Shown one piece after another: positions 13,163 through 25,937 of a stretch of DNA of 64,000 bases (positions are counted from its first letter, which is position 1; every line of letters starts with the position of its first letter). The DNA is taken from contig OX597831.1 of the NCBI GenBank assembly GCA_951406725.2, positions 76,012,001 to 76,076,000 of the forward strand, in the 5' to 3' direction. The stretch is from Octopus vulgaris. Its lineage: Eukaryota. The translations under genes and the position numbers were made by a program. Below the pieces are notes generated by a model. The model did not search any database and was not told the DNA's origin. It was given only the letters and a program-made list of their open reading frames with translations.

Positions 13163-13196
<34 letters not shown>

Positions 13197-13379
13197 TTCA
13201 GTTTTTGCAAAATGGGCTCTGCTGTCATGTCGGTGGTGGTGGTGCCAGTTCTCATTTCAGCTGGTGTCTCAATCTTCAAACGCGTTCTATTTTATATTTC
13301 TATATTCTCCTCTCGCTGCTAAATATCCAGTATTTAATTTTATATTATATATTTCTTACACAGACACACACAGACACAG

Positions 13380-13434
<55 letters not shown>

Positions 13435-14705
13435 TTATTTCAAACCCCCGCCTCTCTCCCTCCCAAAAGTTCCGTATATGGGGAGGGCTTATGTCTTTAA
13501 GTATTTCCGTGTTAACTTGTTTACATGTGGTTTTTTCTTAATGCTATTGAAGTTGTGAAAACATACAAGAAAAATAAGACAAACAAACAAAATAAAAACA
13601 AACAAAATAAAAACAAACAAAATGTAAATTAATGATGATTAATCACTTGGCTATTAATTAAGAATTTAACAATTATTTTTTTTCTCTTTCCTTGTTCAGT
13701 TTTATATGTTTATTCGTTTTATTTCAACAACCTTCTTCTTCTTCTTCTTCTTCTTCTTCTTCTTCTTCTTCTTCTTCTTCTTCTTCTTCTTCTTCTTCTT
13801 CTTCTTCTACCAACGTCAAGGAGAGCTTTTAACACTGTGGAGCTAGCTGTATGTATGTGTACATGCGTGTGTGTGTATATATATATATATACATATACAC
13901 ATATGTTTGTGTGTCTGTATATATATATATATATATGTATGTGTATGTGTGTGTGTGTATGTGTGTGTGTGTGTGTATACGCAACACACACATATATATA
14001 TGTGTGCATATACATATGGATTTATGTATGTGTATACATGTTTGTATACATACATATATACATACATAGGCGTTTTGAATGTGTTACAAACTCAAAATCA
14101 CTCTATCAGGTATCACAGAATAATTGAATATAAAATGAACTCATTCTGTTGTTCGCATATTCCGCCCAACTCAACTCGGAAATTTAATCCAAGTGTTTAT
14201 ATTTTTTAACATTTCCTCTCCCCCTTTTTTCTCCCACGACAAATGTATTTGTTATTATTATTATTATTATTTTTATTATTATTATTATTGTTGCTGTTGT
14301 TGTTGTTGTTCTTGTAATAACAATAGATTTCACCTGTCTTCTGTCCGCAAACCCTTCAACAAAAAACAAAATGGTGAATTTTGGGACTCCTGTGGATGTG
14401 TTTGTAGGTTTATTGACGACTGTGGACATGTTCCCCTACTGTGAAATATTTTTTTTAAAGAAATTTTAGTTTATGTTTTTCCGCCACAGTCAACGTGAGA
14501 ATTCTAGCTTCTTGTGTGGTTTCGGTTCGACGGAAACTGTGGGGAATCCCTTTGACTGAATAGCATTAAGTGACACGAAATGACATGATGGTTCATCATA
14601 TTTGTCAAACACTGCTTAAATACGCATGCGTGCGCGTTAAATATTCAATGCATGTTATAGTGCAGAATTTATCATACATAATATATTTTCTCCCTCATCT
14701 TTCTG

Positions 14706-14788
<83 letters not shown>

Positions 14789-14894
14789 GTCTGTCTCTCT
14801 ATCTGTCTGTCTGCCTGCTTTTCTGTCTGTCTGCGTGTCTGCCTGACTGCCTGTCTATCTACCTATCTATCTGTCTCTCTGTGTATCTATCTAT

Positions 14895-15282
14895 CTACTT
14901 GTTTCATTCATTAGACTACGGCCATGCTGAGGTACCGTCTTGAATATTTAGTCAAATGGATCGAGCCCAGGACTTATTTTTTTTAAAGCCTGGTACTTAT
15001 TATATTGGTGTCTTTTGCCGAACCACTAGGTGATCGGGACGAAAACAAACCAGCACCGGTTGTCAAACGGTGGTGGAGGTCAAAGACAGGCACACACGCA
15101 CGCGCGTGCATATGGATACGACGGGCTTCTTTTTAGTTTCCGTCTACCAAATTCATTCACAAGGCTTCGGTCGGCTCGAAGCTATAGTAGATGACACTTG
15201 CCCAAGATGCCACGCAGTGGGACTGAACCCAGAAACATGTGGTTGGGAAACAAACGTCTTACCGCACAGCCACTCCTGTGCC
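14895..15282 (-). mobile_element. SINE B, near full length
   Basis: B consensus from the tail (acttgtttca..gactacggccatgctg) to the head (cacagccactcctg). Confidence 0.85.
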
Positions 15283-15387
15283 ATGTCTATCGGCGTCTGA
15301 ATATAGAAAATAGTTTACCTCTCTACAATTTATAATTCATTTCGTTGGCTGACCGGTTCATCATGGGAAGAACCCGTTGATTTTTAA

Positions 15388-15502
15388 AGAGGGGTAGAGA
15401 GAGAGAGAGGAGAGAAAGGGGGAGAGAGAGAGGAGAGAAAGGGGGGAGAGAGAGGAGAGAAAAGGGGAGGGAGAGAGAGAGGAGAGAAAGGGGGAGAGAG
15501 AG
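15388..15502. repeat. GA-rich minisatellite (~21-23-bp unit GAGAGAGAGGAGAGAAAGGGG)
   Basis: Four to five visible units of a purine-only strand. Confidence 0.8.
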
Positions 15503-15645
15503 GGTGTGTGTGTGTGTGATATGCAGTATGATCCGAGAGGACCATAACTCAAAAGAGAACTCAGTGCTCGATTATGTCGGTTATATATTTTATTTCAATG
15601 GCAAGAGGCTCTGTGGAGAATATGGCTAATTTTTCAACTAAATAA

Positions 15646-15833
15646 GGCAGCGAGCTGGCAGAATGCTTAGCGGCATTTCATCCGTCTTCGCGTTCTGAGT
15701 TCAAATTCCGCTGAGGGTCGACTTTGCCTTTCATCCTTTCGGGTTCGATAAAATAAGTACCGGTTGTGTACTGGGGTCGGTGTAACCCCTACCCCGCCCC
15801 TCGCAATTGCTGACCTTGTGCTTAAATTTGAAA
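15646..15833 (+). mobile_element. SINE A
   Basis: GGCAGCGAGCTGGCAGAAT head plus A core. Confidence 0.8.
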
Positions 15834-16670
15834 CCAGTAAGTCAGAGAGCTACACGCCCGTCCACTTAGCTGCAAATGAGTTCTGCGATCGCTGGGAAGG
15901 AAACTCTGCGATAGACTGGTGTCCCGTTCATGGGAGGAAGTTGAAATTTCAGTCACTTATATGTCATGAACACCCAGTTCTAAGGTTCATGGCAGTGTTA
16001 AGTAAGTGTATTCTTAGAAGAACGTCCCTATTTTATAAGGAATTGATGATTGTTTGGCAAATACATAGAATACTTCAGCTTTCATTGACATATTCAATAC
16101 AGTCCTGTTTTTTCCTTTCGATCTTTACTTTACATGCGAGTCTCTATGTCTTCCATCTTTAGGAACCTTCTTTTAGGCAGCGTTTTCGCAGTCTTTTAGT
16201 TGCACATTTAAACAATTTCAGACCTTTGTTCTCAGCCGCCTAAGAACTTGCCTTTCTCCCGGAATTATATTTTTGTATTTCTTTCTGGGACCAAAACAGT
16301 GCATCATTGCTTATTTTATTGACATAAAGTGCATAAGGTTTATGTCGTTACCCTGTATAGAGAGGACTTCATTTTTAATCGATTTCCAAGTAGCGAATTT
16401 GTGTATGTTCAGGCTGGAAAGAGGTCGCGCGCTTATAAAAGGGCTTAACTATGGTTTTCTTTGGCTCATACATTATAGGATCTCCTTGGTCATGGTCTGA
16501 GAAGATCTTCGGCATCATCTTCACGTTGGGGATGAATTCCAAGTTACTTGTAATGCAGAGATCTCAAATATATTTGCTCCTATTTGAGTGGGGTAACAAT
16601 TTTGTCCATAAATAGTTGAAATAACAGGTTCAAATAGATATGCTACTTGTCTTTGTTCATACAGTGGCAC

Positions 16671-16736
<66 letters not shown>

Positions 16737-16902
16737 AGAGAGTGAGTGGCCTTCGGGCTATTTAATACTGGAGATGTTAAAGGTCGCTTATGACAAATAT
16801 ATTGATCCAGGCCCGTTAAAAACTTTTTCTTTCTTACTAAGGTTATCTTCAAGTTTAACATCATGTGTTGAAATATCTAATGGACATTATGTTATAAATA
16901 TA

Positions 16903-17159
16903 ACGATAAAGTGATAGTATGTTGTCAACTTAATGTGACAGTCCCATGAAAGGGAAGAATTCTACCGTTATTTAGCCCTAGGAAACACCGTTTCCTGTTG
17001 GACTTGACACATTTCCTGTGTCGTTATGTTTTCAAAGTGGAGACAGGAAATATGTCAAGTCCAACAGGCAACGGTGTTTCCTAGGGCTAAATAACAGTAA
17101 TATCCTTCCCTTTCATGGGACTGTCACATTAAATTGACAACATACTATCACTTTATCGT
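16903..17159. mobile_element. Fold-back / MITE-like element with ~120-bp inverted arms and ~17-bp spacer
   Basis: ACGATAAAGTGATAGTATGTTGTCAA... vs ...TTGACAACATACTATCACTTTATCGT; arms complementary with few mismatches. Confidence 0.85.
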
Positions 17160-17312
17160 GCTGCTACTGTATAAATCTCTCTGAGAGATTTAGAAATGTA
17201 TTATTTCTAATTGCGAATATGACGATATTGAGTTGTTAGATTTGTTCTTTTATTGGGTCAAAAACCAAGTCCGAGTGTGATAGCAAGACTTAAGGTGTGA
17301 CATCTTCTCGAA

Positions 17313-18018
17313 CGACGTCTGATCAAAACGTACCGGGGCTGATGTTATAAAAAGAAAACTTCAACATATATCAGTTCAGCATTTAATGCCCTTCGAGGTA
17401 GTCCCCTTCTGAAGCCGCACACTTTATCCAGCATCGTTTCCATTGATGGAAGCATTCCTGAAACTCTTTTTCAAGGATACTGAGCAGCTGGATTTCTTCG
17501 ACGTCTTGAAATCTTGTTCCTTTCAAGTAGGATTTGATTTTTGCTTTGGTTTAGGGGTCATAGTCATAGACCCACGATTTGTTACCTCTTATGACCGTTT
17601 TCAAAAAGCTTTCCGTCTTCCTCGACACAATCTAGGAGATTCAGCGCTGCTGAAACCCCTTCACCCCGTCTTCTTTTTGAAACGACCACACTCTACACAC
17701 TTTACTTCCCAGCACTGCTATAAACAACGGGCGCGAATGAGGACTTTATAACACAGTGTGCATACGCGACATAGTTCAAGGTCAATTTGTGCCCAGCGGT
17801 TTTACTCTGCGTCCTTTAACTCTTTTACTTGTTTCAGTCATTTGACTGCGGCAATGCTGGAGCACCGCCTTTAGTCGAGCAAATCGACCCCGGGACTTAT
17901 TCCTTGTAACCCCAGCACTTATTTTATCGGTCTCTTTTTGCCGAACCGCTAAGTGACGGGGACGTAAACACACCAGCATCGGTTGTCAAGCAATGCTAGG
18001 GGGACAAACACAGACACA

Positions 18019-18114
<96 letters not shown>

Positions 18115-18317
18115 CGACAGGCTTCTTTCAGTTTCCGTCTACCAAATCCACTCACAAGGCATTGGTCGGCCCGGGGCTATAGCAGAAGACACTTGCCCAA
18201 GATGCCACGCAGTGGGACTGAACCCGGAGCCATGTGGTTGGTTAGCAAGCTACTTACCACACAGCCACTCCTGCGCCGATAGCAACAGTCCCGATATATT
18301 TTTTTCATCAGACCTCG
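17313..18317 (-). mobile_element. Internally deleted mariner element, interrupted by a SINE B (17814-18277)
   Basis: TIRs CGACGTCTGATCAAAA / TTTTCATCAGACCTCG-TA; minus strand VIRGNKSWVYDYDP (cf. ITGDESWVY.YDP) and FQECFHQWKRCWIKCAASEGDYLEG. Confidence 0.75.
17814..18277 (-). mobile_element. SINE B, full length, young
   Basis: tRNA-like head GGCGCAGGAGTGGCTGTGTGGTAAG..GGGTTCAGTCCC, CORE-like CTTGGGCAAGTGTCTT, internal (TA)(TG), tail GAAACAAGTAAAAGAG. Confidence 0.92.
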
Positions 18318-18759
18318 TATGTAGATGGCAACTTCAGCACGGCTTCTCTCTTCCATGTCTCAAGGAATTCAATATACTTTGGTCTGTGCATACTTGCAGA
18401 TGAAAGGATGCACATGTTTACTCTTATATAGGTTTCTGCGATTACAATCCACATTTGGAATAGCGAAACCTCCAGTGTGGTGCATTTTACACCTGTTACT
18501 GATTTGTAAGAGATAACTAATGTTCAGTAATGATATGGATGTGATTTTTGAGTAGGTATCATTGGTGTTTGTCATATTTGAGGTGGTCTTACGTATTGAT
18601 TGCGTATTAATGTACCTGGCGTTAGTTCCGTGTCCGCTGCTGCTGCTGTTGTTGTTGTTGTTGTTGTTGTTAAGCAACAAGATGGGTAAGGGTGATTAGG
18701 TGATGGTCTAGGGCCTAGGGGCGGGAGACCACAGACCTTGGGGTAAAAAAAAACTTTGG

Positions 18760-19430
18760 TCGTCTTATTGTAGTCGAGGGCTTTTCGTTGACGCCCGACA
18801 CCACTGGGGGGTGGTCCTCGAAGTCGCTGGAAATGGAGATCTCCAGGTCCAAATTCTTGAACGGCTGCTGCTAAGTTAGCTACTCCACCGCCTCGGTTTG
18901 TACAATATTTACATCTTGCCTTTCGGCGAGGACTGATAGTGTTCCCCCTGCTTTATTTCTGGTATCCCCGCTTAATTGATAGTGTCCTGTAAATCATAGA
19001 GTTTTTTTTTATACAATTTCCTGCATTCCAGGGGAATGGTTACCTTTTCTTTACTATAACTCTTGTAGGGTTTGAAGGTAATGAATGAGGTACTTAAGTC
19101 TTTCTCTCTGTGCTTGCAGGAACTTTTTAGGCAGAACTTGGTGATGACTCGGGTCCTGCCAGTTCTTAACTTTGTGTCTCTGTTTTTTAGTTTTGTTGTT
19201 TAAATCTTTTATTTCTGCTTCTGATTTGGGGTTTCTGCCTCTGTATACCTCTTCCAAACGATTCTACTTTTTCGTCCTTGGTGAAAATTCTCTTATTTTT
19301 CAGTTTCTTAACTTCAGCTGCTTTTTTCAGTAGTGGTGGCTTTGGGGTGGGGTTTGTTGTGTTCTTAATGGCCTTCTTGGCATCTTTCCTCATATCATAA
19401 ACTTGATCCATTTGGATCTCTGTGGAACCT
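18760..19430 (-). pseudogene. Degenerate Tx1/L1-like ORF1-end / APE endonuclease remnant
   Basis: Minus strand GGGVA.L..FKNLDLEISISSDFE resembles the L1/Tx1 EN 'GGVAIL' region; upstream Lys-rich ORF fragments. Confidence 0.35.
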
Positions 19431-21129
19431 GTGGAACACCAGATGAAATAGAATAAGTAGAAAAAGTGTGTCCATTTATAACAAATGCTGCGCTCATACA
19501 GGAAGAAAATACAAGGATCCTAAGGAATTTTTCAGAAATTAGGTTTTTGAAGGAGATCCGCATGCCAAACCCTTTATAATGTTTTGATATCTTTAAAGCT
19601 CTACAATAATTGCCTTAGTACAATTATTTAAAGCACAGTAGATCACTCACTTATTACAGGAAGTTCAGAAATGTAGCAAAAAGCACAAAAACCGTAACTT
19701 TAGTAAGTTTCATATACTGAGATTAAGTGTTTGCAAGAACGTTCGTGCAGAATTTCCTAGCTAAGGAGTGAAGACATACAATATTTTCTGGTATGGAAAT
19801 CAATGTTTTCAATTTTCAAACCAAAATTTCAAAATTTGCATTAAAAAAAAAAAAAAAAAAGGTAGGTCGACAACTTTGGAAGATCAAAAAGGGTCTGTGA
19901 AATGCAGCAGAATTTGAAAAGATAGTGACGATGTTTGAAGATTTACACTACATTTTTGCACCAGATCGACTTGTGTGTTGGAAAATAAGGTAGCTTTTTT
20001 ATTTTTAAAGTTGTCCCGACGATAACTACGAGAAAATGGTTTCTAAGAGCAGTAGCAGAGATACAGGCAAAGGAAAACCAGGAAGAGAAATGTCGCATAC
20101 GATCAGTGAAATGAATGTTTTTGAAAATAAAAGTGATACGAGTTTGGATTTGGTCTGACCGTGATAACAGGTTTTAACCTACACTCAAAGTGAAAAATTG
20201 TTTGAGTAGGAAATGTATGATAGATATCGATCGTTTTAGATACCGAATGATTGGTTGTTATGTGGCGGTCCGAATCCTCTGCAAATTTGTGATGGAGGTC
20301 ACTAGAAAAAATGTTTACAAACATTATGTAGAAGATAGCAAGATTTCTAAAGAATTATAATGGATTGAGGTCTAAGAGCCATTGCAACAGGAACTATTTT
20401 GCAAAGAGTGTTAATAGAATAAATAAATGAATCTATTTTAGAATCATTAAATGAAAACCTTAAAATTTTCTCTCAGGTTTATGGTGATTTATAACTAGGA
20501 AGAATAACCTGTAGCTTGAGAAAATACGATTTACCTATTGAATGGTGACACGTAATGCTCTAACACTACAGACTGATGAATTTCGGAGTGATGGAGTGGT
20601 CCAGATATAATCTCGCCTGTGCAGTCTGTGGTTGCATTATACTTTCAAAAGCCGGTTATGTCATTCATGATATGTCACATAATCCCAAGTCAGCTTGTGT
20701 TGGCATACGTATGATCAAAAACATTCCAGATTTGACTATACCATCTAGTTTTGTTGTTGTTTTTTTTTACAATAATTCTGTGTTCTGGGTGAGATTATTC
20801 CATTGCATCGTTCATGTTATATAAATATCTTTAAAAAAAAAACAGGCTGTGATTTGAGAGAGGCTGAAGATGTCATTTTTAGCAAGTCCAGTGATTTTTT
20901 CTGAGGTTCTTGTTGCTTGCATAGGAACCAGGGACCGGGACCCTTATTGCAGTTTGCATAGTGACCAAACCCCTGCTAAATACACTGTTAGCGGAGACTT
21001 GGTTACTACTGCTGTTGTTGTTAGCCCTAGAATCAGTCCTTATAAAGCAGACCAGTGATTGCCAGGCATCCCAAGCACGACTGTCTTACCTTTTTGTATA
21101 CCAAGATCTACATTTTCCATTGTGCACGC

Positions 21130-21312
21130 CTTCTCCTCTGGAAGTCATCTACTCGCGATACAAGAGGGCGCACACTCTCCTACCCTGGTGTAATCTCCAG
21201 GGATACAGGCATCCAGCAACAGGACCTCCGTAATGCCATGATGGACCGTGAAGTCTGGCGTAGCATGGTAAATTCCATTGTCTCGACCACGGTCGAACAA
21301 TGATGATGATGA
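21130..21312 (+). mobile_element. RTE-clade LINE 3' end
   Basis: LLWK..RGRTLSYPGVISRDTG..DLRNAMMDREVWRSMV..* followed by a (TGA)n tail. Confidence 0.75.
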
Positions 21313-21577
21313 TGTGCACGCCCACCACTTTTTCAAAGACGATTAATTGCGTAAACCAAGTGAGTTTTTGTCTGTTATTTATCGCAAGTTGATCGACTAT
21401 ATCAGGCAAGCAGTGTGGCTGCTCTCGGCCTCGGGCGAAATTTCACCCGTATTCATACTCAAATATAAAAACCGCTCACTGAAGAAGTGTGTAAAACCCT
21501 TTATGAAATAAATAAAATCAAAACTCCACCACTTAACCAGTTTAATTAAAATATTCGTTTAATCTAAGTTCCATTTA

Positions 21578-22230
21578 GGTGCAAGCGTGGCCGCCTGAGT
21601 AAGAAGCTTGCCTTGAAACCACATGGTTTCGGGTTCAGATCCACTGCGCGGCACACTTGCGCAAGTGTCTTCAGCTGTAGCTTCGGGTTTGACAAATGAC
21701 TTGTGAGTGAATTTGGTGGGCGGAAACTGTGTAGAAGCCTGTATATATATATGTGTGTGTGTGTGTGTGTTTGATCTCTCCCACGCCGCTTATAAAAATA
21801 TAACGCAAAACAATATTTGAAACAATAGCAACACAAGACATTGGCTAGAGCAGGGGTCCCCAAAAAACCTAACCCCCGACCAGCGCAGGGCCACGCTGAA
21901 AGAAGGAATGTCCAAATTTTATTCCTGTTGAAATGACTATCGCAGTCTGCAGGAATTTTTGCATTGTGTATGCAATATGTTCTTTTTATTCTTTTACTTG
22001 TTTCAATCGTTTGACTGCGGTCATGTTGGAGCACTATCTTGAAGTGCTTTTATTTTAGTCGAACAAGCTGACTCCAGGTCTGGTTTTTTAAAGTCTAGTA
22101 CTTGTTCTATCGGTTTCTTTTGCCGCCGAACCGTTAGGTTACGGGGACGTAAACACACCAACACCGGTTGTCAAGCAGTGATGGGGACAAAGACACACAC
22201 ACACATACACACATATATGCATATATATAA

Positions 22231-22293
<63 letters not shown>

Positions 22294-22339
22294 GCACACA
22301 TACACACACACATATATATATATATATATACATATAGAT

Positions 22340-22389
<50 letters not shown>

Positions 22390-22618
22390 TCGAAATAAGG
22401 AGCAGAAGGATAGCCGACAACTGATGGTGGGGCGTTTTTTTATGTTACTTGTCTTGTTTTCCATTTGTTTCTCTCGTTCTTTGCGTACCCAACGTTATTT
22501 TCGTATTTCATGTTGTTTACGTTTTGTGCCGTCCTGTACCCATATATGGAAACCTAGATACATGTATATGTATGTATGTACATATATGTATATATGCATA
22601 TGTATGTATATGGGAGGG

Positions 22619-22662
<44 letters not shown>

Positions 22663-22836
22663 ATATATTTAGGCGCAGGCGTGGCTATTTGGTAAGAAGT
22701 TTCGTTTTTAACCACGTAGTTCCGTGTTCAGTCCCACTCAGTGGTACCTTGATTAGTGTCTTCTATTATAACTTAAGGCTAACCAAAGTCTTGTGAGTGG
22801 ATTAGGGAGACGGAAATTGAAAAAAAGGAGCCCGTC

Positions 22837-22889
<53 letters not shown>

Positions 22890-23479
22890 TGCGTGCGTGT
22901 GTGTGCCTTTGTGTCTCTTTGTGTCCCCGCCGCATGGCTTGACAACCGATGCTGGTGTATTTATGTCTCCGTTACTTAGAGGTTCGACCTAAGAAACCGA
23001 TAGAATAAGTGCCAGACCTAAGAGAAGTCCTGGGGTCGATTTATTCGACTAAAACTCTTCAAAGAGGTTCCACAGTATGGCCGCAGTTCAAGGTCTGAAG
23101 TAAAATAAAAGATACCAAGGACTTTGTAAACTTTAGAGATTCTCTATCGACTCATTACGTTCTGTGTTGAAATTCCACAGTGATCGACTTTGCCTTTCGT
23201 GCTGTCGGGATCGATGAAATTGGCTAGCCCCCCCCCCCATCCCGTCTACCAAAATATCCTATAGTAGAAAGGACTAAATTCCTTAGAATAGTTTGCACAC
23301 CGGTCAAAATAGTTAGCGGCATTTCGTCCGTCTTTGCGTTCTGAGTTCAAATTCCGCCGAGGTCGACTTTGTCTTTCATCATTTGAGATCGATAAAATAC
23401 CAGTTGATCAATGAGATCGATTTAATCAAGTAACCACCTTCTCTAAAAAATTTCACGCCTTTTGCCTATTGTAGATAAG

Positions 23480-23480
<1 letters not shown>
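21578..23480. mobile_element. SINE cluster: B 5' half (+, ~21578-21780), B 3' half (-, ~21985-22200), B full (+, ~22671-23110), A x2 (+, ~23150-23480)
   Basis: Matches to the B and A consensus motifs seen elsewhere in the window. Confidence 0.75.
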
Positions 23481-23532
<52 letters not shown>

Positions 23533-23581
23533 CATTATTATCATTATTATCATTATTATCATCCTTCTTCATTCTTATCAT

Positions 23582-23628
<47 letters not shown>

Positions 23629-23686
23629 TTTCCTTCTTCTTCTTCTTCTTCTTCTTCTTCTTCTTCTTCTTCTTCTTCTTCTTCTT

Positions 23687-23756
<70 letters not shown>

Positions 23757-24716
23757 GTAGCACAGATGCGCCCCTACAGGTTTTTATGCACTTGTAAATC
23801 GTCAAAACACCCCAGGTATACTTACACGAAAAAAAGGGGGAAAAGAAAGGGAAAAGGAAAAAGAGTTCATCGCCCTCCCACGCCACCGCCACCGGCATTT
23901 AGAAGGCTCCCTTTCGCTGGTTCCATCTTAAACAGTGAATGTGAAATATAAGGGCGGCGCTGGTGGCGAGTGGTTTGTTGTTGCTTTCAGTGATTGAGAC
24001 GACAATTGTTGAGAAAGAATCACTTCAGCCTGTCTTTTCTCCTTTAACTTAAGACACAACAAAAGTCTCAGGGTAGGTTTTGAATAAGGAGAAAGAAAAG
24101 GAGGGGGAGGCAGTGCGAGTTAAAAAGAGGAAGAGAGTGAGAGAGTAAGGGTGAGAGAGTAAGTAAGTGAGAGGCACGATCCCCGTATATTTAATACAAT
24201 TCCATACCGACTGAACAACAAGCAGTCTTCTCTTAACTCCATCACCCGCTTGCTTACTTCTTATCTTTCGTGCTACCTCTCCCTCACCCACCTGCTTGTT
24301 TCCTTTCTTTCTCTCCTCCCTCTCTCACTCTCTCCCACCTCCTACACGCCCTCGCCATCTCTTCCTCTCTCGTCATCTCATACTCGCTCTCCATCTCTCT
24401 CTCCAGACGTGAATGACAAGGCAGGAGATATTTTTGTTAAAATGTCTCTAAAAATTTCGTACATAACAACGAAAGGAGATTATGTGACGTTCATGCACCT
24501 TCACTGCTGCTGTCGCTCATTCTTCTGTCCACTTTTAAGACAGTAAAATGTAATTTGAGGGAGATTTAATTACTATTTCTTGCAGGTTGAGCGATCATGT
24601 GGAGACTCTCATCATCATCATCATCATCATTTGATGGAAAGTTCTGCCAGACTAAGGTGACACTTGTTTACTGATCATCCATCAAGAACTCTACGGAGAA
24701 AGGATGAAAGGCAAAG

Positions 24717-25055
24717 CCGAGGTCGACTTTGTCTTTCATCCTTTCGGGGTCGATAAATTAAGTACCAGTTGAGTATTGGGGATCGACTAGTCCCTTTCCC
24801 CAAAATTTCAGGCCTTGAGCCTTTAACGCAAATTCATAAAAATTATTTATTAGTACACCGGGCAAAATACCTAACTGCATTTCGTCCGTTTTTACGTTCT
24901 GAGTTCAAATTCCACCGAGGTCGACTTTGTCTTTCATCTTTTAGGGTCGGTGAAAAAAGTACCAGCCGAATACTGGGGTCGGTGTAATCGATTACTCGCA
25001 TCTCCCAGTTTCAGGCCTTGTGCCTTTAGTGGAAAGGATTATTTTTATTATTATT
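24717..25055 (+). mobile_element. Two SINE A copies (A1 subtype with (ATT)n tail)
   Basis: A core; 3' end TCAGGCCTTGTGCCTTTAGTGGAAAGGATTATT. Confidence 0.8.
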
Positions 25056-25849
25056 GCCCTTGCACAGCTTCTAACGCTTGAGATGTACTACAGTGTTAGC
25101 TGTTCACTACCAGTGAACTAAGGTAACACCCCCTATTTTTCAAGCACCTTCCGTAGTATTTGAGCGGTTCCAAGTAGTGTTGTTTTCTGCAAGTGCTCCG
25201 CCCTTATTGTAGCCCCTATTTGTTCCACGTCCTTCTCGAGATTTTTGCTCACTGTTCCCAGGGCTCCGACAATTATTGGTACTACTGCTACCTTTTTCAT
25301 CGACCACAACTGCTTAACTTCCCAAGCTAACCTGTCATATCTCTCGACTTTCTTTCTTCCTTCTCGCATAACTTGTTGTCAGCTGGGCATGCTATATCTA
25401 TGATCCAGCATAGTTTGTTTTCTTTCTCAATTAAGACTATGTCCGGCTTCCTATTCTCTATTTCCTGGTCGCACTGAATCATGAAATCCCATAGATTCTT
25501 TGCATTTCTATTTTCGAAAATGGTTTCAGGTTTGTGGTCGTACCAATTTTTTGCTCTGTCAAGTCCATATTTGTTGCAGAGTGTCCGAGAGCTATATTGT
25601 CGTGGCGTCTCTTATATTCCTTCTGAGCTAGTGGCATACATTGATAAAATATGCCATACGGTTTCACCGTTTTGTCCACAGATTCTGCACTTATCACTTT
25701 CTGTTGTGTTGTCTATTTTATATTTTATGTAGTTTGTTCTTAGTGCTTGCTCTTGGGCAGCACAGATTAGAGCCTCCGTTTTTCAATCACTTTTAGTCAT
25801 CCAGAGCCATCTTTTTCTCTGTCTGTCTTATCTTCAGCATCCCTATGAA
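25056..25849 (-). mobile_element. R4/Dong-clade LINE, second subfamily, 5'-truncated
   Basis: ETEALICAAQEQALRTNY..CRICGQNGETVWHI..LAQKEYKRRHD..RKPDIV..KVERYDRL..VPIIVGALG..LLGTAQILRKVLE; AAT-flanked. Confidence 0.85.
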
Positions 25850-25935
<86 letters not shown>

Positions 25936-25937
25936 CA

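Noticed and set aside
14340-14445. Possible minus-strand exon (ttcacag ... CAG|gtgaaa)
   Set aside because: Weak splice context, no recognisable peptide, no partner exon.
16000-16640. Possible L1-like remnant on the minus strand
   Set aside because: Motif traces too degenerate to support a call.
23870-23975. GC-rich patch with CTCF-like GCCACCAG
   Set aside because: Lacks the GGGGGC/GTGGC half of the motif; no other support.
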